DNA from: Escherichia coli
GTDB lineage: Bacteria; Pseudomonadota; Gammaproteobacteria; Enterobacterales; Enterobacteriaceae
Direction: 5' to 3' (one strand)
NCBI RefSeq assembly: GCF_013315695.1
Contig: NZ_CP054353.1
Length of the DNA: 64,000 bases
Made by a program: the position numbers and the translations under genes. Shown here piece by piece: positions 1 through 8,274 of this stretch. Position 1 is the first letter of the stretch; the number at the start of each line of letters is the position of its first letter. The notes beneath the pieces were generated by a model. It did no database searches. It had not been told where the DNA came from and saw only the letters and a list, made by a program, of their open reading frames with translations.

Positions 1-459
1 ATCTCCTGGCTCAATGGTTGGACACATACTGTCCCCACGAACGTTGATAACTTTAATGTGATTTGCTGGTCGTCCACCAAACATCGATACAGCATTATCA
101 GTTCTGTATTCAATGGCATGAATCACATCAATGACATCACCGCCCTGGATAAGGCCATTTCCCGCACTGGCACTGACATCCAGCATTTCAATACGGAATA
201 CATCCTTCACCTGCGTAACATCCTCACTAATACTGTTTTTACATACAGTATTACTTTTGAGGTCTGAGGTAAAGAGATCAGCAATATCAACACCTAAGCT
301 CCTGGCAATATTACTCAGGGCTTGTTCAGTGAATTGTTTCTGCTTACCTGTTTCGAGGCGCGAGATATTCGCCGCATCCACTCCTATTGCTTCAGCGAGA
401 TCGGCGATTTTCATGTTCTTCGCCTGGCGAAGTTGTCTGACTCGATTTCCTATGTTCAT
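1..459 (-). CDS. cI-like prophage repressor (HTH plus S24 LexA-like peptidase domain); N-terminus in window, C-terminus runs off the 5' edge
   Basis: Minus-strand translation from ATG at 459 gives MNIGNRVRQLRQAKNMKIADLAEAIGVDAANISRLETGK (XRE HTH) and later ...VINVRGDSMCPTIEPGD (S24 Ser motif GDSM). Divergent from a cro-like gene. Confidence 0.8.
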   Translation of the reverse strand, partial: MNIGNRVRQLRQAKNMKIADLAEAIGVDAANISRLETGKQKQFTEQALSNIARSLGVDIADLFTSDLKSNTVCKNSISEDVTQVKDVFRIEMLDVSASAGNGLIQGGDVIDVIHAIEYRTDNAVSMFGGRPANHIKVINVRGDSMCPTIEPGD

Positions 460-556
460 GCGTTTATTACATTTCTTTATTGCGCGTTAAGCAAATCAAC
501 TTGCGCAAAATATTTGCGTGAAATAATATGCTCATCACGCAATATGTGGAGGTTAT
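460..556. promoter_or_regulatory. Divergent cI/cro operator-promoter region with repeated CGCAA-AT-rich half-sites
   Basis: Near-palindrome TTGCGCAAAATATTTGCGTGAA (about 501-522) and a further CACGCAATATGTG copy (about 534-547) between divergent repressor and cro genes; GGAGG RBS before cro ATG at 557. Confidence 0.5.
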
Positions 557-817
557 ATGCAATCACCATTACGGAATGTGCGTAAGGCGCACGGATTTAC
601 TTTGCAGCATGTTGCTGCGGGCGTTCAGGTCAATCCAGCGACGCTGAGTCGTATTGAAAGACTGGAACAAATTCCATCTATCGATCTTGCAGAACGTCTG
701 GCCAATTTTTTTAAGGGTGAAATCAGCGAAATGCAGATTCTTTATCCGGCACGTTTTCAATCTAGCCAAAACCAGAATGGGTTTAAACCACAGGAACAGG
801 AGGTAAGCCGTGGGTAA
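557..817 (+). CDS. Cro-like HTH (XRE family) regulator
   Basis: 86 aa; HTH motif FTLQHVAAGVQVNPATLSRIE; position and orientation opposite the repressor. Confidence 0.7.
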   Translation: MQSPLRNVRKAHGFTLQHVAAGVQVNPATLSRIERLEQIPSIDLAERLANFFKGEISEMQILYPARFQSSQNQNGFKPQEQEVSRG

Positions 818-1367
818 GCATCATTGGAAAGTGGAAAAACAGCCTGAGTGGTACGTGAAAGCTGTCAGAAAAACTATCGCGGCGTTGCCGGGGGGTTACG
901 CTGAAGCTGCTGAGTGGCTGGATGTAACAGAGAACGCATTATTCAACCGCCTTCGTGCAGATGGCGATCAGATTTTCCCGCTGGGATGGGCAATGGTTTT
1001 ACAGCGTGCGGCTGGCACTCACTACATTGCGGATGCTGTCGCACAGTCTGCTGGTGGGGTGTTCGTATCGCTTCCTGAAATTGAGGCAGTAGAGAACGCC
1101 GATATAAACCAGCGCCTGCTGGAAGTCATTGAACAGATCGGCAGTTATTCCAGACAGATTCGTTCAGCAATCGAAGACGGTGTAGTGGAACCGCATGAGA
1201 AGACAGCAATTAACGACGAACTGTATCTTTCAATTTCGAAGCTCCAGGAGCATGCAGCACTGGTCTACAAAATCTTCTGCGCTCCAGAAAAGAGTAACGC
1301 CCGCGAGTGTGCAGCTCCGGGCGTCGTGGCGTCGATTGCTTCTGGTTGTGGAGAAACTAACGCATGA
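810..1367 (+). CDS. Early-region hypothetical protein in the cII position (possible CII-like regulator)
   Basis: 185 aa ORF, GTG start overlapping cro stop, preceded by GGAGG; function inferred only from position. Confidence 0.45.
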   Translation: MGKHHWKVEKQPEWYVKAVRKTIAALPGGYAEAAEWLDVTENALFNRLRADGDQIFPLGWAMVLQRAAGTHYIADAVAQSAGGVFVSLPEIEAVENADINQRLLEVIEQIGSYSRQIRSAIEDGVVEPHEKTAINDELYLSISKLQEHAALVYKIFCAPEKSNARECAAPGVVASIASGCGETNA

Positions 1368-2509
1368 ATAGTTTAACGGCAAATAACCGTTTGTCGCAAC
1401 AGCTGGTGGTCAGCGTCGCTGAACACCTGTTGTTACGGCATGAATGCAGATTACCAAATCACCTGGCTGTAAGTAACCACAGAGAACTTTACCTGACTGT
1501 GGGGGGCGAGTTGTGCAGGAACTTAACCGCTGGTTTCGTGACGGAAGAGGGCTTTATGTCCATGTTATTCGTTGGGAGCCAGAAACACAGCGCGTTATCT
1601 ATCTTCGCAAAGACTACCCGCATGAGTGCTTTAGTCCTTTGTGGAAATTCAGGCGTGATTTTGTTGAGTGTGAAGGACCACCAGCATATTGATTCTGCAA
1701 TTCCGGGACGTTACACTGTTCAGGCACCTTATAAAGCGGGTGCCGGGATTGGCGTCCTGAAATTCGCACATGCGCATAACCGCGCTTCAGCGGTTTTTTT
1801 GCGCACGTTTCCTCACATCCAAATTATGGTGGGGCGTGCAGGGGCATCGAAAGATGCGCCGGGGTCATGTGCGACCGGTTACGCCAACCCTGTACGTCTC
1901 ACCACCTCTGTGATTGGCGTCCCATGTGGTGAGTTTTCAAAATTCGCACATGAGGATGTCACTATGGCAACCACCCCTACCCAAACTCACCCTAAAATTG
2001 ATGTTATCCATGGGAAGGCTGTTACCTCTTCTTTGGCCGTTGCCGAATATTTCTGCAAGCAGCACAAAAACGTTATTCAAAAAATCCAGACGCTTGAGTG
2101 CTCTGTTGAATTCACTGAGCTGAATTTTCAGCCCAGTGATTACACCGATTGCACAGGCCGCAAACTCCCTTGTTACCAAATCACCCGCGACGGTTTTGCG
2201 TTTCTTGCCATGGGCTTCACGGGGAAACGTGCTGCCCGGTTCAAAGAGGCATACATCAATGCCTTTAACCAGATGGAGAAACAGCTTTCAAATCCCTCTG
2301 TACTGAGCGACGTTGCACATAACGCCAGCGTTCTCTATTCCTACATTTCATCAATTCATCAGGTCTGGCTGCAGCAGCTTTATCCTATGTTGGCAAAAGC
2401 CGAATCTCCGCTGGCTGTTAGCTTGTATGACTATATTAATGATGCTTCGGCGCTGGCCTGCCTCATAAATTTGTCGCTGAATCCTTCAGAGGTAAGGGGG
2501 CGTAAATGA
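1364..2509 (+). CDS. Rha-family phage regulatory protein, copy 1 (Rha core from ATG 1964; N-terminal extent uncertain)
   Basis: C-terminal 180 aa carry Rha signatures (KIDVIHGKAVTSSLAVAEYFCKQHKNVIQKI ... FLAMGFTGKRAARFKEAYINAFNQME). ATGA overlap with upstream stop at 1364; internal ATG 1964 has a GAGGA RBS. Confidence 0.6.
   Translation: MNSLTANNRLSQQLVVSVAEHLLLRHECRLPNHLAVSNHRELYLTVGGELCRNLTAGFVTEEGFMSMLFVGSQKHSALSIFAKTTRMSALVLCGNSGVILLSVKDHQHIDSAIPGRYTVQAPYKAGAGIGVLKFAHAHNRASAVFLRTFPHIQIMVGRAGASKDAPGSCATGYANPVRLTTSVIGVPCGEFSKFAHEDVTMATTPTQTHPKIDVIHGKAVTSSLAVAEYFCKQHKNVIQKIQTLECSVEFTELNFQPSDYTDCTGRKLPCYQITRDGFAFLAMGFTGKRAARFKEAYINAFNQMEKQLSNPSVLSDVAHNASVLYSYISSIHQVWLQQLYPMLAKAESPLAVSLYDYINDASALACLINLSLNPSEVRGRK
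1513..1692 (+). CDS. Small hypothetical protein (59 aa, GTG start), paralog of ORF 3384..3608; overlaps the copy-1 Rha upstream frame
   Basis: Frame-1 translation VQELNRWFRDGRGLYVHVIRWEPETQRVIYLRKDYPHECFSPLWKF... looks protein-like and shows DNA and protein similarity to 3384..3608 (HVLRV...QKVI); GGGGGG RBS-like run before the GTG. Confidence 0.3.
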   Translation: MQELNRWFRDGRGLYVHVIRWEPETQRVIYLRKDYPHECFSPLWKFRRDFVECEGPPAY

Positions 2510-3387
2510 TCCGGAATATTTTCAAACTGTTTACCAATCGCCACCAGCATATTGATTCTGCAATTCCGGGACGTTACACTGTTCAGGCACCTTATAAAGC
2601 GGGTGCCGGGATTGGCGTCCTGAAATTGTCAACGGCGATGTATGACGCGCCAGCGTCTTTTTTATCGTCCGCATTTGCTCACATCCAGATTATGGTGGGC
2701 TGGGCGGGGGCACCGAAAGGTGCGCCGGTCTCCGTTGACGCCGGTTACGCCAACCCCGTCCAGTTCACCACCAGTGAAATTGGCGTTTCCGGTGGTGGAA
2801 GTTTTTCACTGTCAACGGAGGCTGCCATCATGGCTACGATCCCAGCCCTCACTCAACCTGAAATCACCATTGACAACGGCCAGGCCGTTACCACTTCTTT
2901 GGCTGTTGCCAACTTCTTCTCCAAGCGTCACGACGATGTGCTGAAAAAGATCCGCACTCTGGATTGTTCCCCTGAGTTTTGTGCCCGCAATTTTGCGGAG
3001 ACATCGATTTCGGTAAATCAACCGAACGGTGGTACACGCAAGCTCCTTTGCTATCAAATCACACGAGACGGTTTTGCGTTTCTTGCTATGGGTTTCACGG
3101 GTAAACGTGCTGCCCGGTTCAAAGAGGCATACATCAATGCCTTTAACCAGATGGAAAAACTGCTTTCAAAGCCATCCACGCTGAGCGATGCCGCAGATAA
3201 CGCCAGCGTGCTTTACTCCCACCTGTCGGTAATCCACAAGGTCTGGCTGCAGCAGCTTTATCCCATGTTGGCAAAAGCCGAATCCCCGCTGGCTGTAAGT
3301 CTGTATGACCGCATCAACGACGCGGCGCTACTGGCCAGTCTCATAAATTTGTCGCTGAACCCTTCAGAGGTAAGGGGGCGTAAATGA
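2506..3387 (+). CDS. Rha-family phage regulatory protein, copy 2 (tandem paralog)
   Basis: 293 aa; Rha motifs AVTTSLAVANFFSKRHDDVLKKIRTL and FLAMGFTGKRAARFKEAYINAFNQME; ATGA start overlapping the copy-1 stop. Confidence 0.7.
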   Translation: MIRNIFKLFTNRHQHIDSAIPGRYTVQAPYKAGAGIGVLKLSTAMYDAPASFLSSAFAHIQIMVGWAGAPKGAPVSVDAGYANPVQFTTSEIGVSGGGSFSLSTEAAIMATIPALTQPEITIDNGQAVTTSLAVANFFSKRHDDVLKKIRTLDCSPEFCARNFAETSISVNQPNGGTRKLLCYQITRDGFAFLAMGFTGKRAARFKEAYINAFNQMEKLLSKPSTLSDAADNASVLYSHLSVIHKVWLQQLYPMLAKAESPLAVSLYDRINDAALLASLINLSLNPSEVRGRK

Positions 3388-3608
3388 TCCGGAATATTTT
3401 CAAACGGTTTACCAATCATACTTTCCGTTGTCCTCGTCCGGGTCAGTGGTACACCACGCCTGCAGGGCATGTTCTACGTGTTAGCCTGGTTGACCGTGAA
3501 TGTCAGAAGGTGATTTGTGAACCGCTGGGCCGTAATTACCGCGTCAGTATGCCGCTTATAGCCTTTCGCTCCGGAAAAAACATGAAGCATCTCGGAGGTG
3601 CTGCATGA
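3384..3608 (+). CDS. Small hypothetical protein (74 aa) sharing its first 22 nt with the Rha copy-2 start
   Basis: Starts ATGATCCGGAATATTTTCAAAC, identical to 2506-2527; ATGA overlap with the Rha copy-2 stop and with the downstream replication gene start. Confidence 0.4.
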   Translation: MIRNIFKRFTNHTFRCPRPGQWYTTPAGHVLRVSLVDRECQKVICEPLGRNYRVSMPLIAFRSGKNMKHLGGAA

Positions 3609-4423
3609 GTATGGAGTTGATGGTTAAAGCGATGAAAATTCGAGTGGGAAATCCATTGCGAAAACTGGTTCTGATTAAGCTGGCTGATAATGCCAGCGAT
3701 CAGGGTGAGTGCTGGCCCAGCTACCAGCATATTGCTGACCAGTGCGAGATTAGCAAACGTTCTGTGATGAATCATATTGCGGCCCTTTGTGAGTCCGGGC
3801 TGGTAAAAAAAGTCACCCGGAAAGGTGAAAAAGGTAACTCAAGTAATATCTATCTCCTTCATCTTGATGGTGCAGGAGATTCACTAGGGGGTAGTGCAAA
3901 TAATTCACTATCTGGTGCAGCAAATTCACCAGGTAGTGCAGGAGTTGCACCAGGGGGTAGTGCAGGAGATTCACCCAGAACCAGTCACTCTTTTGAACCA
4001 GTCAAAGAACCAGTCAATGAACCAATAGCTGTTGGTGCATCTGCTGATGAGTCTGTGCGAGTTCGTTCAAACCGACCGGAATACTCTCCGGAGTTTGAGC
4101 AGGCATGGCTGGCCTATCCAAAACGTGCTGGTGGCAATTCAAAATCTGCAGCCTTCAAAGCCTGGAAAGCCCGTTTGAATGAGGGGGTAAACCCCGAAAC
4201 CATGCTGGAAGGTGTGAAACGCTACGCGGGCTGGGTATCTGCGATGGGTAACAGCGGCACACAATTTGTGAAACAGGCTGTCACGTTCTTTGGCCCGGAT
4301 CGTCATTTCGAAGAATCCTGGGAAGTTCCTGCGGTATCTGCAGTCAGACGCGAGGACCCGTACTTCAAAGCCAGTTACGACAACGTGGACTACAGCCAGA
4401 TCCCGGAAGGATTCAGGGGGTGA
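3605..4423 (+). CDS. Phage replication initiation / replisome-organizer-like protein with N-terminal winged HTH
   Basis: 272 aa; N-terminus MSMELMVKAMKIRVGNPLRKLVLIKLADNASDQGECWPSYQHIADQCEISKRSVMNHIAAL; internal iteron-like DNA repeats; position after the cII/rha block. Confidence 0.6.
   Translation: MSMELMVKAMKIRVGNPLRKLVLIKLADNASDQGECWPSYQHIADQCEISKRSVMNHIAALCESGLVKKVTRKGEKGNSSNIYLLHLDGAGDSLGGSANNSLSGAANSPGSAGVAPGGSAGDSPRTSHSFEPVKEPVNEPIAVGASADESVRVRSNRPEYSPEFEQAWLAYPKRAGGNSKSAAFKAWKARLNEGVNPETMLEGVKRYAGWVSAMGNSGTQFVKQAVTFFGPDRHFEESWEVPAVSAVRREDPYFKASYDNVDYSQIPEGFRG
3865..3985 (+). repeat. Iteron-like direct repeats inside the replication gene (candidate ori)
   Basis: Repeated motifs GGTGCAGGAGATTCAC (x2), AGGGGGTAGTGCA (x2), GGTGCAGCAAATTCACC, AGGTAGTGCAGGAG; encode a G/S/A-rich linker GGSANNSLSGAANSPGSAGVAPGGSAGDSP. 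Confidence 0.5.
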
Positions 4424-4914
4424 TCATGAGTCTTTTGAATGAAGTTCAGAAATTCATTGAAGCCCATCCGGGCTGTACTTCCGGAGACATTGCGGATGCT
4501 TTTGCTGGTTACTCACGGCAGCGCGTTCTGCAGTCAGCAAGCAAGTTACGTCAGAGTGGGCGTGTGGCTCACCGTTGTGAAGGAGATACACGCAGACATT
4601 TCCCACGCCTGACTGAGAGAGCGCAGGATCCGGAACCACAACCAGTTCGTGAAACCAGACCTGTGCGCAATTTCTATGTCGGCACTAACGATCCCCGTGT
4701 GATTTTGTGCCTGACCCGCCAGGCTGAAGAACTGGAGTCCAGGGGCTTATACCGTCGTGCTGCAACGGTGTGGATGGCGGCATTCCGTGAAAGCCACTCC
4801 CAGCCAGAACGAAACAATTTTCTGGCACGTCGTGAGCGGTGCTTACGGAAAAGCAGCAAGCGCGCTGCATCGGGTGAAGAGTGGTATCTGTCAGGGAATT
4901 TCGTGGGGGCTTAA
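4420..4914 (+). CDS. Hypothetical protein with PerC/Pch-like C-terminal motif
   Basis: 164 aa; C-terminal LESRGLYRRAATVWMAAF...RRERCL resembles the PerC-family GLWRRAA..W...RR..C signature; ATGA-coupled to neighbours. Confidence 0.45.
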   Translation: MIMSLLNEVQKFIEAHPGCTSGDIADAFAGYSRQRVLQSASKLRQSGRVAHRCEGDTRRHFPRLTERAQDPEPQPVRETRPVRNFYVGTNDPRVILCLTRQAEELESRGLYRRAATVWMAAFRESHSQPERNNFLARRERCLRKSSKRAASGEEWYLSGNFVGA

Positions 4915-5567
4915 TGAGTAATAAATATTGCCAGGCGCTGGTGGAACTGCGGAACAAACCAGCCCATGAACTGAAGGAAGTGGGCGATCAGTGGCGCACG
5001 CCGGACAACATTTTCTGGGGAATTAACACCCTGTTTGGCCCGTTTGTTCTGGATCTGTTCACTGACGGTGATAACGCCAAATGTGCTGCGTATTACACTG
5101 CGGAAGACAACGCGCTGGCGCATGACTGGTCTGAACGTCTTGCGGAGCTTAAAGGTGCTGCCTTTGGTAATCCCCCGTACAGCCGCGCCAGTCAGCATGA
5201 GGGGCAATACATCACCGGCATGCGTTACATCATGAAACATGCCAGTGCCATGCGTGATAAAGGCGGGCGCTATGTTTTCCTGATCAAAGCTGCCACCAGC
5301 GAAGTGTGGTGGCCGGAAGATGCAGATCATATTGCTTTTATTCGCGGGCGTATTGGTTTTGAACTGCCTGCCTGGTTTATCCCGAAAGACGAAAAGCAGG
5401 TGCCAACAGGTGCTTTCTTCGCTGGTGCTATTGCTGTTTTCGACAAGACCTGGAAGGGACCGGCAATCAGCTACATAGGGCGCGATGAACTTGAGGCATG
5501 TGGTGAGGCGTTTCTGGCGCAGGTTCGCCAGCAGGCGGAAAAACTGGTCAGGGAGATGGCGGCATGA
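4914..5567 (+). CDS. Phage-type DNA N6-adenine methyltransferase (Dam family)
   Basis: 217 aa from ATG 4914 (TAATG overlap); catalytic NPPY motif (AAFGNPPYS); typical lambdoid nin-region gene. Confidence 0.8.
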   Translation: MSNKYCQALVELRNKPAHELKEVGDQWRTPDNIFWGINTLFGPFVLDLFTDGDNAKCAAYYTAEDNALAHDWSERLAELKGAAFGNPPYSRASQHEGQYITGMRYIMKHASAMRDKGGRYVFLIKAATSEVWWPEDADHIAFIRGRIGFELPAWFIPKDEKQVPTGAFFAGAIAVFDKTWKGPAISYIGRDELEACGEAFLAQVRQQAEKLVREMAA

Positions 5568-5890
5568 CGACGTTAACTCAATGCCAGCAGCAGGTGCTGG
5601 ATATGCTGATTTCTTATCAGAAAGAACGTGGCTTCCCGCCAACCAATCAGGAGGTGGCAACCATGCTGGGATACCGTTCGGTGAATGCAGCGGTGGAGCA
5701 TCTTCGCGCACTGGAGAAAAAAGGCGTCATCACGATAAAGCGTGGCGTGGCCCGGGGGATAACGCTTCATACTGCGATGAAGGACGACGACAGCGAGGCG
5801 GTCGGGATTATCCGCGCACTGCTTGCCGGTGAGGAAAACGCAAGGCTGCGTGCAACCCACTGGTTACATGAGAGGGGCCTGAAAGTATGA
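5564..5890 (+). CDS. LexA DNA-binding-domain-like protein lacking the S24 peptidase domain
   Basis: 108 aa; QQQVLDMLISYQKERGFPPTNQEVATMLGYRSVNAAVEHLRALEKKGVI parallels the LexA N-terminal winged helix ([50 protein letters not shown]). Confidence 0.75.
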   Translation: MTTLTQCQQQVLDMLISYQKERGFPPTNQEVATMLGYRSVNAAVEHLRALEKKGVITIKRGVARGITLHTAMKDDDSEAVGIIRALLAGEENARLRATHWLHERGLKV

Positions 5891-6282
5891 AGCTAATACT
5901 GCCTTTTCCGCCCAGCGTGAACACGTACTGGCGACACCCCAACAAAGGGGCGTTTGCTGGTAAGAGCCTGATAAGCGCGGCGGGGCGAAAATTCCAGAGC
6001 GCGGCGTGTGCAGCAATAGTTGAGCAGTTACGTCGTCTGCCGAAACCAACGTCGGCACCTGCTTCAGTGGAGATCGTGTTGTTTCCTCCGGATAACCGGA
6101 TCCGCGATCTGGACAACTATAACAAGGCGCTGTTTGACGCCCTGACCCACGCGGGTGTGTGGGAAGACGACAGTCAGGTGAAAAGAATGCTGGTGGAGTG
6201 GGGACCGGTTATCCCGGAGGGGAAGGTCGAGATCACTATCAGTAAGTACGAAAAAGCGAGTTGCAAATTAGCAACTCGGTAA
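5887..6282 (+). CDS. rusA: RusA Holliday-junction resolvase
   Basis: 131 aa; characteristic DLDNYNKALFDALTHAGVWEDDSQV; ATGA coupling. Confidence 0.85.
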   Translation: MKLILPFPPSVNTYWRHPNKGAFAGKSLISAAGRKFQSAACAAIVEQLRRLPKPTSAPASVEIVLFPPDNRIRDLDNYNKALFDALTHAGVWEDDSQVKRMLVEWGPVIPEGKVEITISKYEKASCKLATR

Positions 6283-6444
6283 CGGAATTGAGCAACACCC
6301 TAAATTTGGGTATTACCTCGTTAAAGATACTGTATTTATGAACAGTGTATCCTTGATAACTATTAAAAATCGCAGTAAGTTCATCCTGCATCAACGAAAA
6401 GGGAGTGCAGTCCCGCTCGTGGATAAAAATTTGTGGAGAAACCA

Positions 6445-7260
6445 ATGAATCAGTTGCTTGTAATTGATGGCGTTTCTGTGCGCCAGTACTTCGAATCTAA
6501 CTACTGTCTTAACGACCTTCAGAAAGCTGCTCTTCTTGCCGCTGGTGAGAATCGCTCCTCCCGTTCGCTGGAAGTTCACGAGTTTATGCGTCGTCCTGAA
6601 ACGAAGGCTCTTGTGGAATTATTGGAAGAAGAAACTACGGGAGATTCCCGTAGTATTCCTGTCATCACCATTCAGGGGCGCAATGGTGGGACGTATGTCT
6701 GTAAAGAGCTGGTCTATGCATATGCAATGTGGATCAGCCCGGCATTCAGCTTAAAAGTGATACGTACTTTTGATGCGCTTCATAATTCATCACCAGAAGA
6801 AACCACATCCGACAAAATTAAATCCGGGGTCATTCTGCTTGAATCAGCAGCAAAGACTCTAAATCTGTCAAACTCCTCGAAACTTGGTGCATACCAGAAA
6901 TTATCAAAGGTAGCTGGTCTTCCTGAACTTATGCCGATCTATGCCATTGATGCACCTGCTGATGCGCCAGATGGTTCAAGCCGCCCTACGCTGTCGCTGA
7001 GTGCACTGCTGAAGCAGTATGGTATCCGCCTGACGGCTAATCAGGCATATCACCAGATGGCGAAGCTGGGGATCGTTGAACAACGCGAACGATACAGCCG
7101 TACCGCGATTAACAACATCAAAAAATTCTGGTCGCTGACCGCGAAAGGCTGCATGTTCGGCAAGAACATCACCAGTCCTGCAAATCCGCGCGAGACGCAG
7201 CCGCATTTCTTCGAATCCCGATTTCCTGAGCTGTTAAAGCTGCTCGATACCGTTCATTGA
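6445..7260 (+). CDS. KilA-N domain protein
   Basis: KilA-N signature GGTYVCKELVYAYAMWISPAFSLKVIRTFD; ATG 6445 preceded by GGAG (ORF track begins at GTG 6433). Confidence 0.6.
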   Translation: MNQLLVIDGVSVRQYFESNYCLNDLQKAALLAAGENRSSRSLEVHEFMRRPETKALVELLEEETTGDSRSIPVITIQGRNGGTYVCKELVYAYAMWISPAFSLKVIRTFDALHNSSPEETTSDKIKSGVILLESAAKTLNLSNSSKLGAYQKLSKVAGLPELMPIYAIDAPADAPDGSSRPTLSLSALLKQYGIRLTANQAYHQMAKLGIVEQRERYSRTAINNIKKFWSLTAKGCMFGKNITSPANPRETQPHFFESRFPELLKLLDTVH

Positions 7261-7261
7261 G

Positions 7262-8257
7262 GTGACTGTGAGAGCACTACTGACCCCTGAAATTGCCCCG
7301 CGTATGGGGATCGTATTGTTCAGGCCAGGTTCAGAGCTGATGCCCCTGTTTATGCAGGGGCGTGTCCTGCTGGAGCCTGAGCCGGAGCGTTATTCATCTT
7401 TCGCCAGTGGTGCCGTTCCGGCGGCATCACAACCGCTGGCGGATGATCCTGCCGTTCGGGCCGTGTTCCGCCATGAGGCAGTGATCCGTCGTGCTGGTGG
7501 CGTGGAATGTCTTGAAAGCTGGTTACTTCGTGAAAAAGGCTGCCAGTGGCCTCATTCCGGATGGCACAGCGAGAACATGACCACAATGCGACACGCTCCG
7601 GGTGCAATCCGTCTGTGCTGGCACTGCGATAACCAGCTGCGCGATCAGTTCACGGAACGGCTGGAATCAATGGCAACGGATAACTGTGCCCGCTGGGTGT
7701 TGTCTGTTGTGCGTCGGGATCTCGGTTTTGATGACAGTCACGTTGTGACAATGCCGGAACTGTGCTGGTGGCTGATTCGTAATGACCTGGCGGATGCCTT
7801 ACCGGAAAGTGCAGCCCGTAAGGCACTGAGATTACCGAAGCCTGTTGTGCCGTCTGTCACCCGGGAAAGTGACCTTGTGCCTTCGGTTCCTGCCACCAGC
7901 ATCATCCAGGATAAAGCGAAAAAGGTGCTGGCGCTGAAAGTGGATCCGGAGTCGCCGGAGTCTTTTATGTTACGCCCCAAACGTCGCCGCTGGGTTAATG
8001 AAAAGTACACGCGCTGGGTTAAGACGCAGCCGTGTGCATGTTGTGGAAAGCCTGCTGATGATCCCCACCACCTGATAGGCCACGGTCAGGGGGGAATGGG
8101 TACAAAAGCGCATGACCTCTTCGTGCTGCCTTTGTGCAGAAAGCATCACGACGAGCTGCATGCGGATACCGTGGCATTTGAAGAGAAGTATGGCTCCCAG
8201 CTGGAGCTGATATTTCGTTTTATCGATCGTGCGCTGGCAATAGGCGTGCTGGCCTGA
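7262..8257 (+). CDS. DUF968-family prophage protein (YdfU-like) with C-terminal Cys/His cluster
   Basis: 331 aa; C-terminal ...TQPCACCGKPADDPHHLIGHGQGGMGTKAHDLFVLPLCRKHHDELH; common in Rac/Qin-type nin regions. Confidence 0.6.
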   Translation: MTVRALLTPEIAPRMGIVLFRPGSELMPLFMQGRVLLEPEPERYSSFASGAVPAASQPLADDPAVRAVFRHEAVIRRAGGVECLESWLLREKGCQWPHSGWHSENMTTMRHAPGAIRLCWHCDNQLRDQFTERLESMATDNCARWVLSVVRRDLGFDDSHVVTMPELCWWLIRNDLADALPESAARKALRLPKPVVPSVTRESDLVPSVPATSIIQDKAKKVLALKVDPESPESFMLRPKRRRWVNEKYTRWVKTQPCACCGKPADDPHHLIGHGQGGMGTKAHDLFVLPLCRKHHDELHADTVAFEEKYGSQLELIFRFIDRALAIGVLA

Positions 8258-8274
8258 TTTTGTGGAGAAAGTTG

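Noticed and set aside
131-490. Plus-strand ORFs (58..267, 131..490, 322..585) across the first 500 bp
   Set aside because: They are antisense to the much better supported cI-like repressor gene (HTH plus S24 motifs on the minus strand) and have no protein-like features.
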